Counted from the stretch's first letter, positions 12,257-25,086 are shown. The stretch is DNA of 64,000 bases from Octopus sinensis (GCF_006345805.1 NC_043006.1:46376001-46440000); one strand, 5' to 3'. The notes: generated by a model not told the origin, from the letters alone. Translations and numbers: made by a program.

Positions 12257-12853
12257 CTGAAGAGAAGTGAGATACAGGGTGTCCACATGTGTAGACATCA
12301 CATTTAGCGAAATATTTATGTAGGTAGTGTATCCTGGACAGTGGAGATGGATTGTGCAGAGCAGTTGAGAATTCTGCTTCTCAGAAATATCATAATATAT
12401 ATTATAATGTTTATATTTCTGGGGTTGCATGCTAGAAGCCTTATGAAAGCTTGCAGAATTAAGAAAACAGAGCAAAAATGCGTCTCGTCGCTCAAGCATG
12501 AAGGAATTAAATATATATATATATATATATAAGATAGTAAATTTGTGGCACCAACACAGATATGCACATACACACAAAACCCCATAAGCATACACACAAA
12601 AGTATATATGTATAAATAAATGCACAGATACACAGACAAAATCACTCCCGTATACATACACATATATGTGTGTGTATCAGAGGTGTGTGTATGTGTGTGT
12701 TTGTGTCTGTGCGTGCGTGCGTGTGTATGTAAGCTATGTGTGTAGTACCATATAAATATCAGGATGAAACCTCATAGGAAAGGCTGCCCCGTGTGAATAT
12801 GTATGTTTGTATAGAAATTTACTTTAAATCTTTTGATTGTCAGACGTACTGAC

Positions 12854-12905
12854 CTTGTGTTTGAGGAGTTATGGCAAATGTGTCTGTTCGCTTGTTTAGC
12901 GGAAC
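12854..12905 (-). other. Candidate upstream exon end
   Basis: Strong donor AAG|GTCAGT at 12854/12853, 597 nt upstream of the acceptor at 12257; 5' boundary unknown. Confidence 0.35.
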
Positions 12906-14855
12906 TGTCAGATATAAAGCCAAGTATTTTTATTGTAGAGCTTCAACAACCAGTAGATACTAGTGAATTAATTATTAGTTATTCAGTGCTTATTCTAATT
13001 AAGATTCAATTGACCAAAGTGATGTCCAGACAGTTGACGACGAAAGAGAGGAAGAAGGCAGAGACCGAGGTTAAAATCATTATATTGACCCGTTCAGAAT
13101 TCTTAAGCAAAAGAGTTAAAATAACTTGTTGACATCAAAATCGATTTATCTCACCCAGTCACTCGACAAAACGGCAGAGGAAAATAGGTTTTATTTTGTT
13201 AAAACGTATGTGGTAGATGAAAGAATATTGAATTTACTGCCTCAAACAAGTGTATCATTTGTAAAATTGCCACTGAATATACTTAGAAAGGAAATTCAAG
13301 TATATTTTATATTCTTCCAACTATTGAAATAAATATGCATGAAAATTTAAAAATTTGAAAAAGAAGAATATATGATTCGTACAAACAATTTATATTGCCA
13401 CGAATTAATGAAATAATACGTTATCAAAGGAGCGAAACACATGAGTTGTTTATCTGTAAAACTTTATGAATAACATAATTGATATTACCACGATATAATA
13501 GCTCCATTTGATTTTGAATACCCCAGGTGAAATTTCTTCTCGGATAGAAGGTAATGTACTAAGAAATAAAATACATAATGAATATAAGAGTTCTTTGGCA
13601 ATAATGTTAATTATAATAAATAGATTTGTTTGCCCTCACTGTTAATCATATTAATATGTTTTTCTGCAACATTTCCGAATTACTTAAGAATTGATTAGTC
13701 GTAGGCATAATCAGATTTCAGTAGATTCCATATTCAACAGTTATCTTATCTCTTACTATTCTATCTCTTTTTATGGTTCATCCCACGGCTCTGTTTCAGA
13801 TTCGTAAACATGCATACGCATTTGTGCATACAGACGTTTGCATGCTTGTGTGTTCATACATACAAGCACACGTATACACACAAACCCGCCTACATGAACA
13901 CACACGCATGAATATATACGTACACATGTATATTCATTAATATATATAAACGTACATATACAAGCATTTATCTATCTATCTATCTATCTGTACATACACA
14001 AATATACATATATCTGATCACACCCACACACCTACATATATATACATGTAAACACACGCACACACGCACGCACGCACACGTTCATACACGTACATACTCA
14101 TGAACGTATACTTTCTATTCATGTACATACTTATACACATATAATTTCTTCATCTCCTTCTCTTGTGTTCTTCATCAGGACGCATTCCCATCTATTTCTA
14201 CTTCAAAATTTCTTTCTCACATTTCAGTATTTGTCTTATCGCTAGAATATCACAATTCTCTCGAAACTATCTACTTTTAATATAGTTACCGTAGATCCTT
14301 GCGGCAAAGTTTTCCATATAATAACTAAATATAATTTCATCTTTAACTTTTGAAGCAACACCGAATGCATTTCCTTTTCTTTTCAATTTTCATGAAGCAA
14401 AAAATATTGCCAACCGTGTGCAAATTTTAATTATTATTAATTTCATTATCGTCGCCATCATCATCATCGTCAGGGTCGTCATCTTCGTCGTCGTCATCAT
14501 CATCATTATCACCATCATCATCAAATATACGATTTAATTCGTATGACAAGTACGACTTGGGATATATGAATATATAAAATATAATGAACGTACAAACTAT
14601 TTAAAGTTTTGTTGCGTCTGGGGAGAGTCATTCGGTTTTAATGCCTTACTAACTAATTTGAAGTTTTCTGTGGCTTATCTGTTACTCCTCTTGGAATACA
14701 ATTAAAAATACAATTGAGAGGCTTAATACACACGCACACACACAATATATATAGATGTATATATATATATGTATGTATATATATATATATATATTATATA
14801 TATATATATATATATAATATATATACATTATATACATAAACCATACATATATATA

Positions 14856-14892
<37 letters not shown>

Positions 14893-15030
14893 ATACAGAT
14901 ACGTTTTTAGCTTTCACATATTCAAAATAAAGAAATAAGGAAATAATCGCAATTTTTTTGCTTTTAATATGTTATCAATTGCGAAATGTTTACATTGTGA
15001 AAGGTAACTAATATAAGTCATAAAATATTA

Positions 15031-15247
15031 TTTTCTACTGTAGGCAAAAAAGGACCCAAACTCTTGGGGAGGGGGCCAGTCGATTAGATCGATACGAGTA
15101 CGCAACAGGTACTTAATTTAGCGATCCCGAAATCATGAAAGGCAAAATCGACCTCAACGGAATTTGAACCCAGAACGTAAACACAGACGGAATGCTGCTA
15201 AGTATATCGCCCGGCGTGCTAAAGTTTCTGCCCGCTCGCCGCCTTTT
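15031..15247 (-). mobile_element. SINE type B (tail variant 2) with 16-bp TSD
   Basis: Flanked by AAGTCATAAAATATTA (15015-15030) and AAGCCATAAAATATTA (15248-15263). Confidence 0.9.
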
Positions 15248-15464
15248 AAGCCATAAAATATTACTTACATTCAAGACAAACTCCACAAAAGCTTGTAACG
15301 TAAATTGTTGTAACTTAAATTATGTTGTTGCTTAAATATAGCATCTTAAAAACCATTATTTTAACAGCCTACGTCTGAACTTGTAAACTAAGGTAGAATC
15401 CCCATCGACTTTAGAATGGAGTGATTTTCAAATTTCAAGCGAAGTTAATGCATATGTGTCTTTT

Positions 15465-15663
15465 ATTCTTTAACCCTTTTCAGTCATTAGACTGCGGTCA
15501 TGCTGGAGCACCGCCTTGAATATTTAGTCGAAAGAATCGACCCCAGTACTTATTTTTTTCTAGCCTAGTACTAATTCTATCGGTCTCTTTGCCGAACCGC
15601 GAAGTTATGGGGATGTAAGCATATTAATACCTGTTGTCAAGCGGTGACAGGAGACAAACACAG

Positions 15664-15734
<71 letters not shown>

Positions 15735-15880
15735 AAACACATACGACAGGTTTCTTTCAAATCTACTCACAAGGCTTTGGTCAGTCCAAGGCATATTGGT
15801 AGAAAACACTTGCTCAAGGTACCATGCAGTGAGACTGAACCAGGAACCATGTCTTTGAGATGCAAACTTCCTACCACACG
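15465..15880 (-). mobile_element. SINE type A
   Basis: Reverse-complement match with an internal (CA)n. Confidence 0.88.
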
Positions 15881-16099
15881 GTCAAGTGGGCTAATTTTTA
15901 AAATATACAAGTGTTCCAGATTTATATTATTTGGAATGTCTCTCTCTTGACGCTGAAAATCTTGGGAAAAACGTAGTCATTCCAAAAATAGGGTAAAAGG
16001 TGTTCTTCAGCAGAAAGTTGGCACAACATGACTCAATCATTCTGCTATAATTAGCAGCCAAACCTTCAGCAAATTCCATGTTCAACAATATATTTTATA

Positions 16100-16493
16100 C
16101 TCCTTCTCTTTACTCTTTTACATGTTTCAGTGATTTGACTACGGCCATGCTGGAGCACCGCCTTTAGTCGAGCAAGTCGACCCCCAGGACTTATTCTTTG
16201 TAAACCTAGTGCTTATTCTATCGGTGACTTTTGCCGAACCGTTATGTTGCGGGGATATAAACACACCAGCATCGGTTGTCAAGCAGAGACACAAACATAT
16301 ACACACATACATATATATACATTTATACGACGGGCTTCTTTCAGTTTCCGTCTAATCAAATCCACTCACAAGGCTTTGGTCGGCCCGAGGCTATAGTAAA
16401 AGACACTTGCTCATGGTGCCACGCAGTGGGACTGAACCCAGAATCATGTGGTTTGTAAGCAAGCTATTTTCACACACAGCCACTCCTGCGCCT
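16100..16493 (-). mobile_element. SINE type A
   Basis: Reverse-complement full-length match. Confidence 0.92.
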
Positions 16494-16844
16494 ATGCAGT
16501 TTATCGTACAAAATATGTGTAAAAACATTCAACACAAGATGTTACTGCACGAAAACGTATGACATTGGGTAGCATAATTAAGTGTTACATGGGCCTAAAA
16601 AATAACAAAACAATTACTTTACTTTGGAGATATACAGCTATCCATAATATCGATAGAGTAGCTGTTTATAACCGCTACGTCCTCTACTATATAATGGTTA
16701 AGGTATATACAAATTGTTCGACGTTGTGGGTTTTCCAGGAACCGTTAATGTTTTGTATTAATTAGTCGCATGGGGAAGAATAGTAAAGAGACCTAGATTA
16801 TAGCAATAACTGGAAATGTTTGACATGGTTCTCTTTTAATATTT

Positions 16845-17161
16845 TTATTTATTTATTTATGCGCCCTTTTCAAGCCTAGCCAGGCTCATGGGCCCGGTTT
16901 CCCGGTTTCTGTGGCGTATGTGTTCCTCCTAGCTGGACGGCAAGCCAGTACATCGCAGCGTTACTCAAGAAGCGGAGAGAGAGAGTGAGAGAAAGTTGGG
17001 GCGAAAGAGTACAGCAGGGGTCCCCACCACCCCCTGTAGGACCCTCGTGGAGCTTTAGGTGTTTCCCCTCAATAAACACACACAACGCCCGGTCTGGGAA
17101 TCGAAACCGCGATCTTCCGACTGCGAGCCCGGTGCCCTAACCACTGGGCCATTGTGCCTCC
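16845..17161 (-). mobile_element. SINE type D
   Basis: Reverse-complement head GGAGGCACAATGGCCCAGTGGTTAGG...GGTTTCGATTCCC; tail GGGCCCATGAGCCTGGCTAGGCTTGAAAAGGGCGC(ATAA)n. Confidence 0.85.
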
Positions 17162-17414
17162 ACCCTTAAATATTTGCTATTGTTTAATACCTGCATTGTG
17201 TTTTTGCTATAGATTTAATGCAGTTGTTGTTCTACAGATGAGCTCTGATAAACCAGACACCTTAGGTATCGCCTTCGTAATTTCAAAGCCATGGCTTAGT
17301 TTCAGACCGCATATCTTGAGATTTAATTTCCAATGTGTTCACTTATGAAAGGAAAATATTTCACTACTTTTAGCAACCATTTTTAAAGGGAAAATACGTT
17401 ACTTACTACTTGAT

Positions 17415-17545
17415 TAACAACCACATGGTTCCGAGTTCAGTCCCACTGCGTGGCACCTTCGGCAAGTGTCTTCTACTATAGCTTCGAGCCGACCAAAGCC
17501 TTGTGAGTGGATTTGGTTGACGGAAACTGAAAGAAGCCCGTCGTA

Positions 17546-17618
<73 letters not shown>

Positions 17619-17862
17619 CTATATATGTATGTATGTATGTATTTATGTGTGTGCGTATATGTTTTTGTGTCTGTGTTTGTCCCCCCCAACATCGCTTGAC
17701 AACCGATGCTGGTGAGTCTACGTCTCCGTAATTTAGCGGTTCGGCAAAAGAGACCGATAGAATAAGTACTAAGCTTACAAAGAATAAGTCCTGGGGTCAA
17801 TTTGCTCGACTACAGGTGGTGCTCCAGCATTGCCACAGTCAAATGCCTGAAACACGCAGAAG
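17415..17862 (+). mobile_element. SINE type A, 5'-clipped
   Basis: Match from AACCACATGGTTCCGAG to the tail. Confidence 0.9.
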
Positions 17863-18614
17863 AGTCCGTGTGTATGTATATTTGGGTATTTTTGTGTCCT
17901 ATTAAAGGTGGGATTAGCTACAACCATTGCATTCTCTCCTAGATCTTCGATAACCCAACAAGAAAATTCTTTCTATCTCTAAATCTCCAGGGTAGAATAA
18001 GGCGAGGAGGAGATAAGTGGTCTGTCTGAATCAAAGCGAATTCCACAAAAGGCACTTATATCGGCAACATGTTAAACCTTAAGGTCAAATAATGCTAGCT
18101 TAGAAGCAAATAATTGTAGAGATGTTAAACCTAGTAGTGGATTAAGCCTAGAGTCCGTAAAATTGAATACTTTATGGTATGAGGAATGACAAATTCAAAC
18201 GATCTGGGATATTGCAATGTGTCTTCCCTATATTATTCAAAACGTTAGATATTTATTTTACTTCACTTCACGAAACACATATTCAATTAAAAAAAAAAAT
18301 ATATATATATATTACCTAAATAGAAAATTGCATATAAATATCTAATGAGGAATGTCAGAAATAAGAGTGGTGGAATGTAAATTGTGAACAGAATAAGAAG
18401 AAAATGAAAAGAGAATCAAAAGAAAAACAGCAGTAAACAAAGAGTATGACAGAGAATTGACATATGTTGGAGTTGGCGATGCGAGTAGAGATGTTGCATT
18501 GTGTCAAATATAAAACTTCCAGATGAATTCTTCAGTATAAGCAGGAATATGTATTTCTTTTTAATAATGTCTATAAAACAACAAGGAATTAGATTTAAGA
18601 GAATAACAAAGATC

Positions 18615-18704
18615 GCAACAACAACAACAACAACAAGAGCAATAATGATAATAATAATAATATAATAATAATAATAATAATAGTAATAATAATAATATCA
18701 ATAA

Positions 18705-18736
<32 letters not shown>

Positions 18737-19030
18737 TAATAACAACAATAATGATAACAACAATAATAATAATAACAATAATAATAATAGCAATAATAAT
18801 AATAGTAATAATAATAACAATAATAACAATAACAATAATAATAATAACAACAATAATAATAATAACAAGAACAATAATAATAATAATAACAATCATAATA
18901 ACAATAATAATAATAATGACAATAATAATAACAATAATGATAATACCAATAATAATAGCATAAACAACAACAACAATAATAATAATAATAATAATGATAA
19001 TAATAATAATAGCAACAGCAAATAAACAGT
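18615..19030. repeat. Compound (AAT)n/(AAC)n triplet array
   Basis: Direct reading. Confidence 0.95.
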
Positions 19031-19269
19031 GATAACAACAATAAAAGTAACACTAATAACAAATATTATTTTTAAAAAAAATTGCTGCAACAGGAGTGAA
19101 ATCTTGACTACCACCAACACCACCTACCAACACGACCGCAAACAATGTCACTACAACTACCACAAGATCAACAATATTGGAAACAACTAAACAACAGCAA
19201 CGTTTACAGTTTGTTAATATTTATGTTTTTTATGGAATAATTACAGCAGCAGAAGAAATATTAGTGATA

Positions 19270-19760
19270 TTAGTAGTAGTAGTAGTAGCAGCAGCAGCGG
19301 CAGTGACTGGCTGTTGTAGTATTACTACCAATAGCAGGTGTTAGACATAGATGTTGTAGTAGTAGCAACAGTGGTGGTGGTGTAGTAGTAGTAGTAGTAG
19401 AAGAAGAAGGAGGAGGACGACGACGACGACGAGAAGAAAATAAGAAGAGTAAAAGAAGAGAAAAAGAAGAAAAAGAAGAAGGAGCAGGCGAAGAAGAGGA
19501 AGGAGAGTAAAAGAACAAGAGAGAAAGAAGAAAAAGAAGGAGGAGGGGGAGGAGGAGGAGGGGGAGAAGAAGAAGAAATGAAAGAGCAGAAAAAGAAAAG
19601 AAGAAGAAGAATTGAAAGAGCTAAAAAGAAGAACGGGAGGAGGAGGTGGAGGAAGAGAAAAAGAAGAAGAAGGAGGAGGGGAAGAAGAAGAAGAAGAAGA
19701 AGAAGAAGAAAAAGAGATCGTAATATAGCAGTAGCGATATTAGTATCTGTAACATTAACA
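19270..19760. repeat. Compound (GTA)/(GCA)/(GAA)/(GGA) triplet array
   Basis: Direct reading. Confidence 0.92.
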
Positions 19761-20109
19761 TCAATAACAATGCTACAAATATCAGCCATGACATAAATAA
19801 TAAAAGTGGATTGTCAGAATCGTTAGAGCATCTGACAAAGTCATCTCTCTTCTCTCTACTCTTTCTTCTGTATCAATAGCTTCTTGGCAAGTTGCTCTAA
19901 TGGAACCGCTGTTTTGCTGTAGTCAATGTTGTTACTGTTCTGGTCACTACTGCTGCCTTCGATGGCAACGGTTCCATCGGTTGCCGTTGTAACAGCGGTG
20001 ATTTTCTTTCTTTTTTGTCGTGTGAAGATATTCCCAAGGATTCAACCAAATTTTTTGCAAACCTGGTGTCGTTTATCGGTGTTTTATTGTTATTGTTTCT
20101 TCCGCTGTG

Positions 20110-20196
20110 ATGGCGATGAGCTGGCACTTTCTTTTGACTCATTGTGAATTGAAATTCCGTCGTGGGCACCTTTTGTGATTCATCCTTTTCGAGATC
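20110..20196 (+). mobile_element. SINE type B remnant, highly diverged
   Basis: GAGCTGGCA...GAATTGAAATTCCGTCGTGGGCACCTTTTGTGATTCATCCTTTTCGAGATC; cut off by the LINE tail. Confidence 0.55.
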
Positions 20197-21091
20197 AATC
20201 ATCATCATCATCCTTCGACCAACTTATGGTTGGTCGGAACTCTATTGACAATCTCTTTCCACACTACACGGTCCTGCATTGCTGTATTCAGATCTCTAAT
20301 ATCCAGCCCCGAATCCCGAGATATAGTATCTGAAAATGTCAGTTTCCTGACTAAAACACTTCCAGAAGTATGCCATCGGAGCAGGGATGAGATAACCTCC
20401 GTCTCTTCTCGATGACAGTGGCCAGCAAATTGTAGCCGTTTCTGTTTAGCTTGAGGAATATTGGTATCAATTTCCATAGATGTTACTAAGTGTTGGGTGT
20501 GATCTCCAGCTGATGTTCTGAACTGATCTTTCTGAGCAGGTTGGTATATGTTTCATCTAGTTGTTTTTCTAAGAGAGCCGAAAAGGTTCAGGTCTCTGAT
20601 CCACAGAGAAGGACCGGTTCAATCAGTGTTCTAAATCTTTTAACTTTTAACGTGGGCGGAAGGCTAGAGTGCCAGATCTTATCAAGTCTGTTCCATGCAT
20701 CCAAAGCAAGAACTTTGCGGATGCGAAAGTCATTTAGGGAATCTACTATGTATGATCCAAGATATTTGAAGTCGTTAACGTTTTTGATTGATATATTATT
20801 GAGCAATTCAAGTTCAGTTAACTTGGAAGAGGTCGTGATAAACTCTGTCTTACTCTCGTTGCAGTAAAGGCCAACCTGGTATGTTGCTTTTTCCAGTGCT
20901 TGTAAAAAAGACTCTGCATCTTTAATACAATGGGATATCAAGGCAATATCGTCAGCAAAGTCAAGATCAGTTAAATATTGTGCACAATGCCGACTGCTCG
21001 GGCAGTGTTTTAAAAAGTGTCCCTTTGCTTCCATACCGTCTAGGGAAATGTGTAGAACATACTTGAGAACAATAATGAACAAGAAAGGTGG
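20197..21091 (-). mobile_element. 5'-truncated RTE-clade (RTE/RTE-X-like) LINE, RT C-terminal half with (GAT)n tail
   Basis: PFLFIIVL...YLTDLDFADDIAL...GLYCNESKTEF...FKYLGSYI...IEPVLLCGSET and RLQFAGHCHR...AMQDRVVWKEIV; stops and frameshifts; ends in (GAT)n at 20197-20211. Confidence 0.92.
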
Positions 21092-21539
21092 TCTATAAAG
21101 TAAGTAGCAGTTGAAAACTGAGGTTACCTTAATAGACTTACCCTTCTTTTAAAATTTGAAAAACATTGGGGTATGTTGATTTTTACTGCATCGAACCTGG
21201 AGGAAAAAAATGCAAAGATAGCACTGGCTGTATTTGAAAGCAGAATCTACGGGAACAAAAATATTACGAAATATTTTCCGGACATTTTAGGACGTCTGCT
21301 GTGCCATTTCATTCTAATGAGTTCTGACGAGGGTACAAAGCCAGAAATGCTGGCGTAAGTCAAATTGTCGATTCTATTTTACCTCCAGTGTATGACTAGT
21401 ACTTATTTTATATAAACCTGAAGAAAAAAAAAAGACAAAGGTTGATAAAAAGAAAACTACACCGACGAAAAATAAAAGGAGAGCTCAAGTGCCTCTTTAT
21501 TTTCATTTGTTAATCGATCTAATTTTATTGTTATTATGT

Positions 21540-21800
21540 GATGGGAATATTATTCATTGTTATTATAGTGTACAGGATATTCGCAATATTAAGGAGGTAG
21601 GATATAATTTGCCTTCTAGAATTATTCTTAATATTTCAAATATAGAATTGTGTGGATTTCCCTTTTATGGCTGTATTTTATTCAAAAGATTTGATCATTG
21701 AAGCTTTGTTGCGTAGAGACATAAATATATTGATTGGTTTATTTGGGATATTTGGAATGTGTTTACCTATATTGTATTCTATGCGTATATATATTTCCTT
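21540..21800 (-). pseudogene. Possible very decayed Penelope ORF fragment
   Basis: YNIGKHIPNIPNKPINIFMSLRNKASMIKSFE*NTAIKGKSTQ loosely resembles the PLE RT-endonuclease linker; by-eye similarity only. Confidence 0.25.
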
Positions 21801-21820
21801 TGTTGACCACTCTGACTGGT

Positions 21821-21857
<37 letters not shown>

Positions 21858-22140
21858 CGTATACATATATGGTAGACTCTCCCGTTGGTTTCGACGTATG
21901 AGGACCTGACAGCACTCACTTTTTTTGGCAGTCACAGTTCTTATGTCGAATGTGACATTTGAGTCCCGCCAATGATTTGCAAACAAGCCCTCTAGCGGAT
22001 GTTGCAAATATGAGGATTACGGGTCAGTGCAGGCAGTGTATTTGCAGCGATTTATTCCCTTGCCTTGTACCCCTCAGCTTGTTAATACGTGTATGCTGTA
22101 TCTTGCGATTTTACACACACACACACACCACACACACACA

Positions 22141-22176
<36 letters not shown>

Positions 22177-22184
22177 TATATATA

Positions 22185-22223
<39 letters not shown>

Positions 22224-22227
<4 letters not shown>

Positions 22228-22625
22228 ATCCAAACATGAACAAAGAGAAAACACAACAACGCGAGAACGCGGAATAAGTATAGTGTTATTGGACGCTCAG
22301 GAAGGGAAAGAAAGAAGGAGGATTCGAGCGGAGCTCTTCGTCAGAAAGCTAGAAAAGAAAATGTCCAAAGAAGGGAAGACGGAGAAAGAAAATCGCCAAC
22401 GATACGCACTCGGTCACATATTGAAAAAAATATATGCACGCATACAAAATCGCAAATTGCAGCATACACATAATGGCAAAAACTCAAATTTCGCAACTAG
22501 TGAAGTAAAGACAGCGCTGCCACTTGGCACGCTGCTTCATCTGGTGAGAGAAAAATCTCGTTTACTGTCCAAAGTATGTAGTCATGTGCTACTAATAGTA
22601 CCATACACTAGATCGTGTTTCTAAC
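22224..22625 (-). mobile_element. PLE-type non-coding terminal fragment abutting (TA)n, with HHR remnant
   Basis: Starts GTTAAT right after (TA)n; the minus strand carries CTGACGA-A-GAGCTCCGCTC-GAA at 22344-22323. Confidence 0.55.
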
Positions 22626-22655
22626 GTATGAAACTATTAGTAACTTATAACTAAA

Positions 22656-22886
22656 GGCGGCGAGCTGGCAGAAACGTTAGCGCGCCAGGCGAAATTCTTA
22701 GCCGTATTTCGTCTGTCGTTGCGTTCCGAGTTCAAATTCCGCCGAGGTCGACTTTGCCTTTCATCCTTTCGGGGTCGATAAATTAAGTACCAGTTACGCA
22801 CTGGGGTCGATGTAATCGACTTAATCCCTTTGTCTGTCCTTGTTTGTCCCCTCTGTGTTTAGCCCCTTGTTGGTAGTAAAGAAATA
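22656..22886 (+). mobile_element. SINE type B with 10-bp TSD
   Basis: Full length; TATAACTAAA at 22646-22655 and 22887-22896. Confidence 0.93.
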
Positions 22887-22970
22887 TATAACTAAATATT
22901 GTGAACATTATACGGTATATATATGTGTGTATATATACATATACATATACACATACATACACACATATAT

Positions 22971-23323
22971 ATAAAATTATAATCTAAGCAGTTTTTTTAA
23001 TAAGTAGTGAATATATCACTATAGCTTTATATAAGCTAAGTATGAATTTATTGAGATACAAAAATTAGATTCATTTTATGAATAAAGGCTAATTATAAAA
23101 GAACAAAGAAAATTTAAAAAATAATCAAGTAGGGCAGAACACCACAGAAAAGGAATAAAATAGCTTAATTACTAATACTATGGTAAAGTATATGTAGCTT
23201 ATTAACACCAATAGATAAGACTTTTAGAAAAAGTATAATAATTCAAAATATATTAGACTAAAAATTATATATTTATTTATTTAGCTAATAACAATAAAAT
23301 AACTGCTTAGATTATAATTTTAT
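22971..23323. mobile_element. Candidate AT-rich MITE
   Basis: Perfect 23-bp inverted repeat ATAAAATTATAATCTAAGCAGTT (22971-22993) / 23301-23323; no clean TSD. Confidence 0.45.
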
Positions 23324-23962
23324 TAATATATAATTAGCATGTTTCTTTACCTCAATACTCCTTTATTAATATCAGTATATACCAATTAATCAATATTTAC
23401 AGATACTATCTGATGAGTTAGTATTTAAGTGTGCTATATATAAAAATATTAAACTATTTCTGAATAGTTTCTTTTCTTTTCCTCCCTCTATTGTGGTAAA
23501 AGTTTGGTATATACTCAAAAGTATTCATAAATTTCTATCATTTTCTTATAATATTCTTCTTAATAATCCTCTAAATAACCCTAAACTTTAACTGTACACA
23601 ATATAGCGACATTGTTTAAAATATTTAATTATAGTACTATATGAAATGTCTTACCAAACCTCATGATATTGCTTCTAATAAATCTTGATTTTTATGACTA
23701 TACCAACTATGATGTCTGTCTGCTCCTTCTGTCCTAACAGACACTGCCCTCTGTTCTCTCAGCCTTAGATATACAAGGGGTTTGATAAACTAGTCTATAA
23801 ATTAAAACTGACCCCATAAAAACAAAATCAGTGAAAGGCAGAGTCTGTAACAATGTATATCTTCTTGAAAACTTAGTAATTTCTATGCTGGAGTGAGTCA
23901 CCATGTTTTTTGTCTAATAATTCTATATATATATACACACACACACACACATACACATTTAT

Positions 23963-24025
<63 letters not shown>

Positions 24026-24026
<1 letters not shown>

Positions 24027-25083
24027 GTTAATAAAATAGAATATATGCATATATATAAACATATATGTACGTACCTACCTCTACATGTACATATACACGC
24101 ATATATGTGTACAGGACACCAAAAAGACGTCGAACACATAGAGAGACGAAACACATAGACACAAACCAAGGAACAAGACAAGCAAAAAAAAGGGAGAGAT
24201 ACAGGACAATAAGCACAACGAAAAATCCCCTTCTTCAGTCGCTCAGATTTCATCTACTAAACGTTTCGAAGGATAAAAGCGAGACGTATACTTCGAAGAA
24301 AAATTCCTTCCCGCGAAAAGCAAATCAATTAAAATTCTGAGATCTTTTCGCAGAGGGGTAAAAAAAAGCAAGACGGTAACGACAGTACAAACATATAAAC
24401 AGTAAAAAATATATATATAAACAGTGGAAAAATAAATATATAACAGTGAGAGACAAGACAAGGAGAACAAGATAAGAAGGGCTGTTAACGCCAGACGAAA
24501 AAAGCATTGTAAACGCTGGATTATCGTGGAAGACAGAGAGGGAAAATTTGTCAACCAGAAGCCTTGCAAGGCGGGCGAGAAAGGACAGGATAGCAGTTAC
24601 GACGGAAGTATCGTCGCAGATGGATGACGGGAATGGGGGAGGAGGAGCAAGAGGAAGAGAGAAGAAGGGGAATGGTGCGAGGAGACCATGAAGAATGGTG
24701 AAAGGGAGAGAGAGAATGAAGAATGAGAGAGAGAGGAAGAGACAAGTTAAGTGAGGGAAAAAAAAGACGAAAAAGGGAATGGGAGAGAAAGAAAGAAAGA
24801 TGCAGAGTCGCGTGAGAGTTAATATCAAGGCTAACTTGATAAACAGAACAATCTTACTTAGTAGGGTGCGTGCGTTTAGTCGTATAATATGTTAATAAAA
24901 TAGAATATATGCATATATATAAACATATATGTACGTACCTACCTCTACATGTACATATACACGCATATATGTGTACAGGACACCAAAAAGACGTCGAACA
25001 CATAGAGAGACGAAACACATAGACACAAACCAAGGAACAAGACAAGCAAAAAAAGGGAGAGATACAGGACAATAAGCACAACG

Positions 25084-25086
<3 letters not shown>
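24026..25086 (-). mobile_element. 1.06-kb non-coding element with ~197-bp terminal direct repeats, copy 1
   Basis: Repeats at 24026-24223 and 24890-25086; both ends abut (TA)n; reverse complement of 47666-48729 at roughly 95% identity. Strand is given relative to copy 2. Confidence 0.9.

Noticed and set aside
13527-13550. Possible 24-nt plus-strand microexon (CCCCAG|GTGAAA...AGAAG|GTAATG)
   Set aside because: Weak pyrimidine tract, no partner exons, and on the opposite strand to the other candidates.
19897-20211. 104-aa minus-strand ORF MMMMIDLEK...
   Set aside because: It starts in the LINE (GAT)n tail and runs through an antisense SINE remnant.
21319-21352. CTGACGA-GGG..CCA-GAAA hammerhead-like words
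   Set aside because: The stem II base is mismatched; no stem I or UH site.
23324-23870. NUMT or RT pseudogene
   Set aside because: Stops in all frames even under the mitochondrial code; RT-like words appear on both strands and are not decisive.
24225-24270. Type-II hammerhead reading of CGAAACGTT...CTGAAGAAG in the A-B-A element
   Set aside because: Stem I cannot be formed consistently in both copies; kept only as a motif note.
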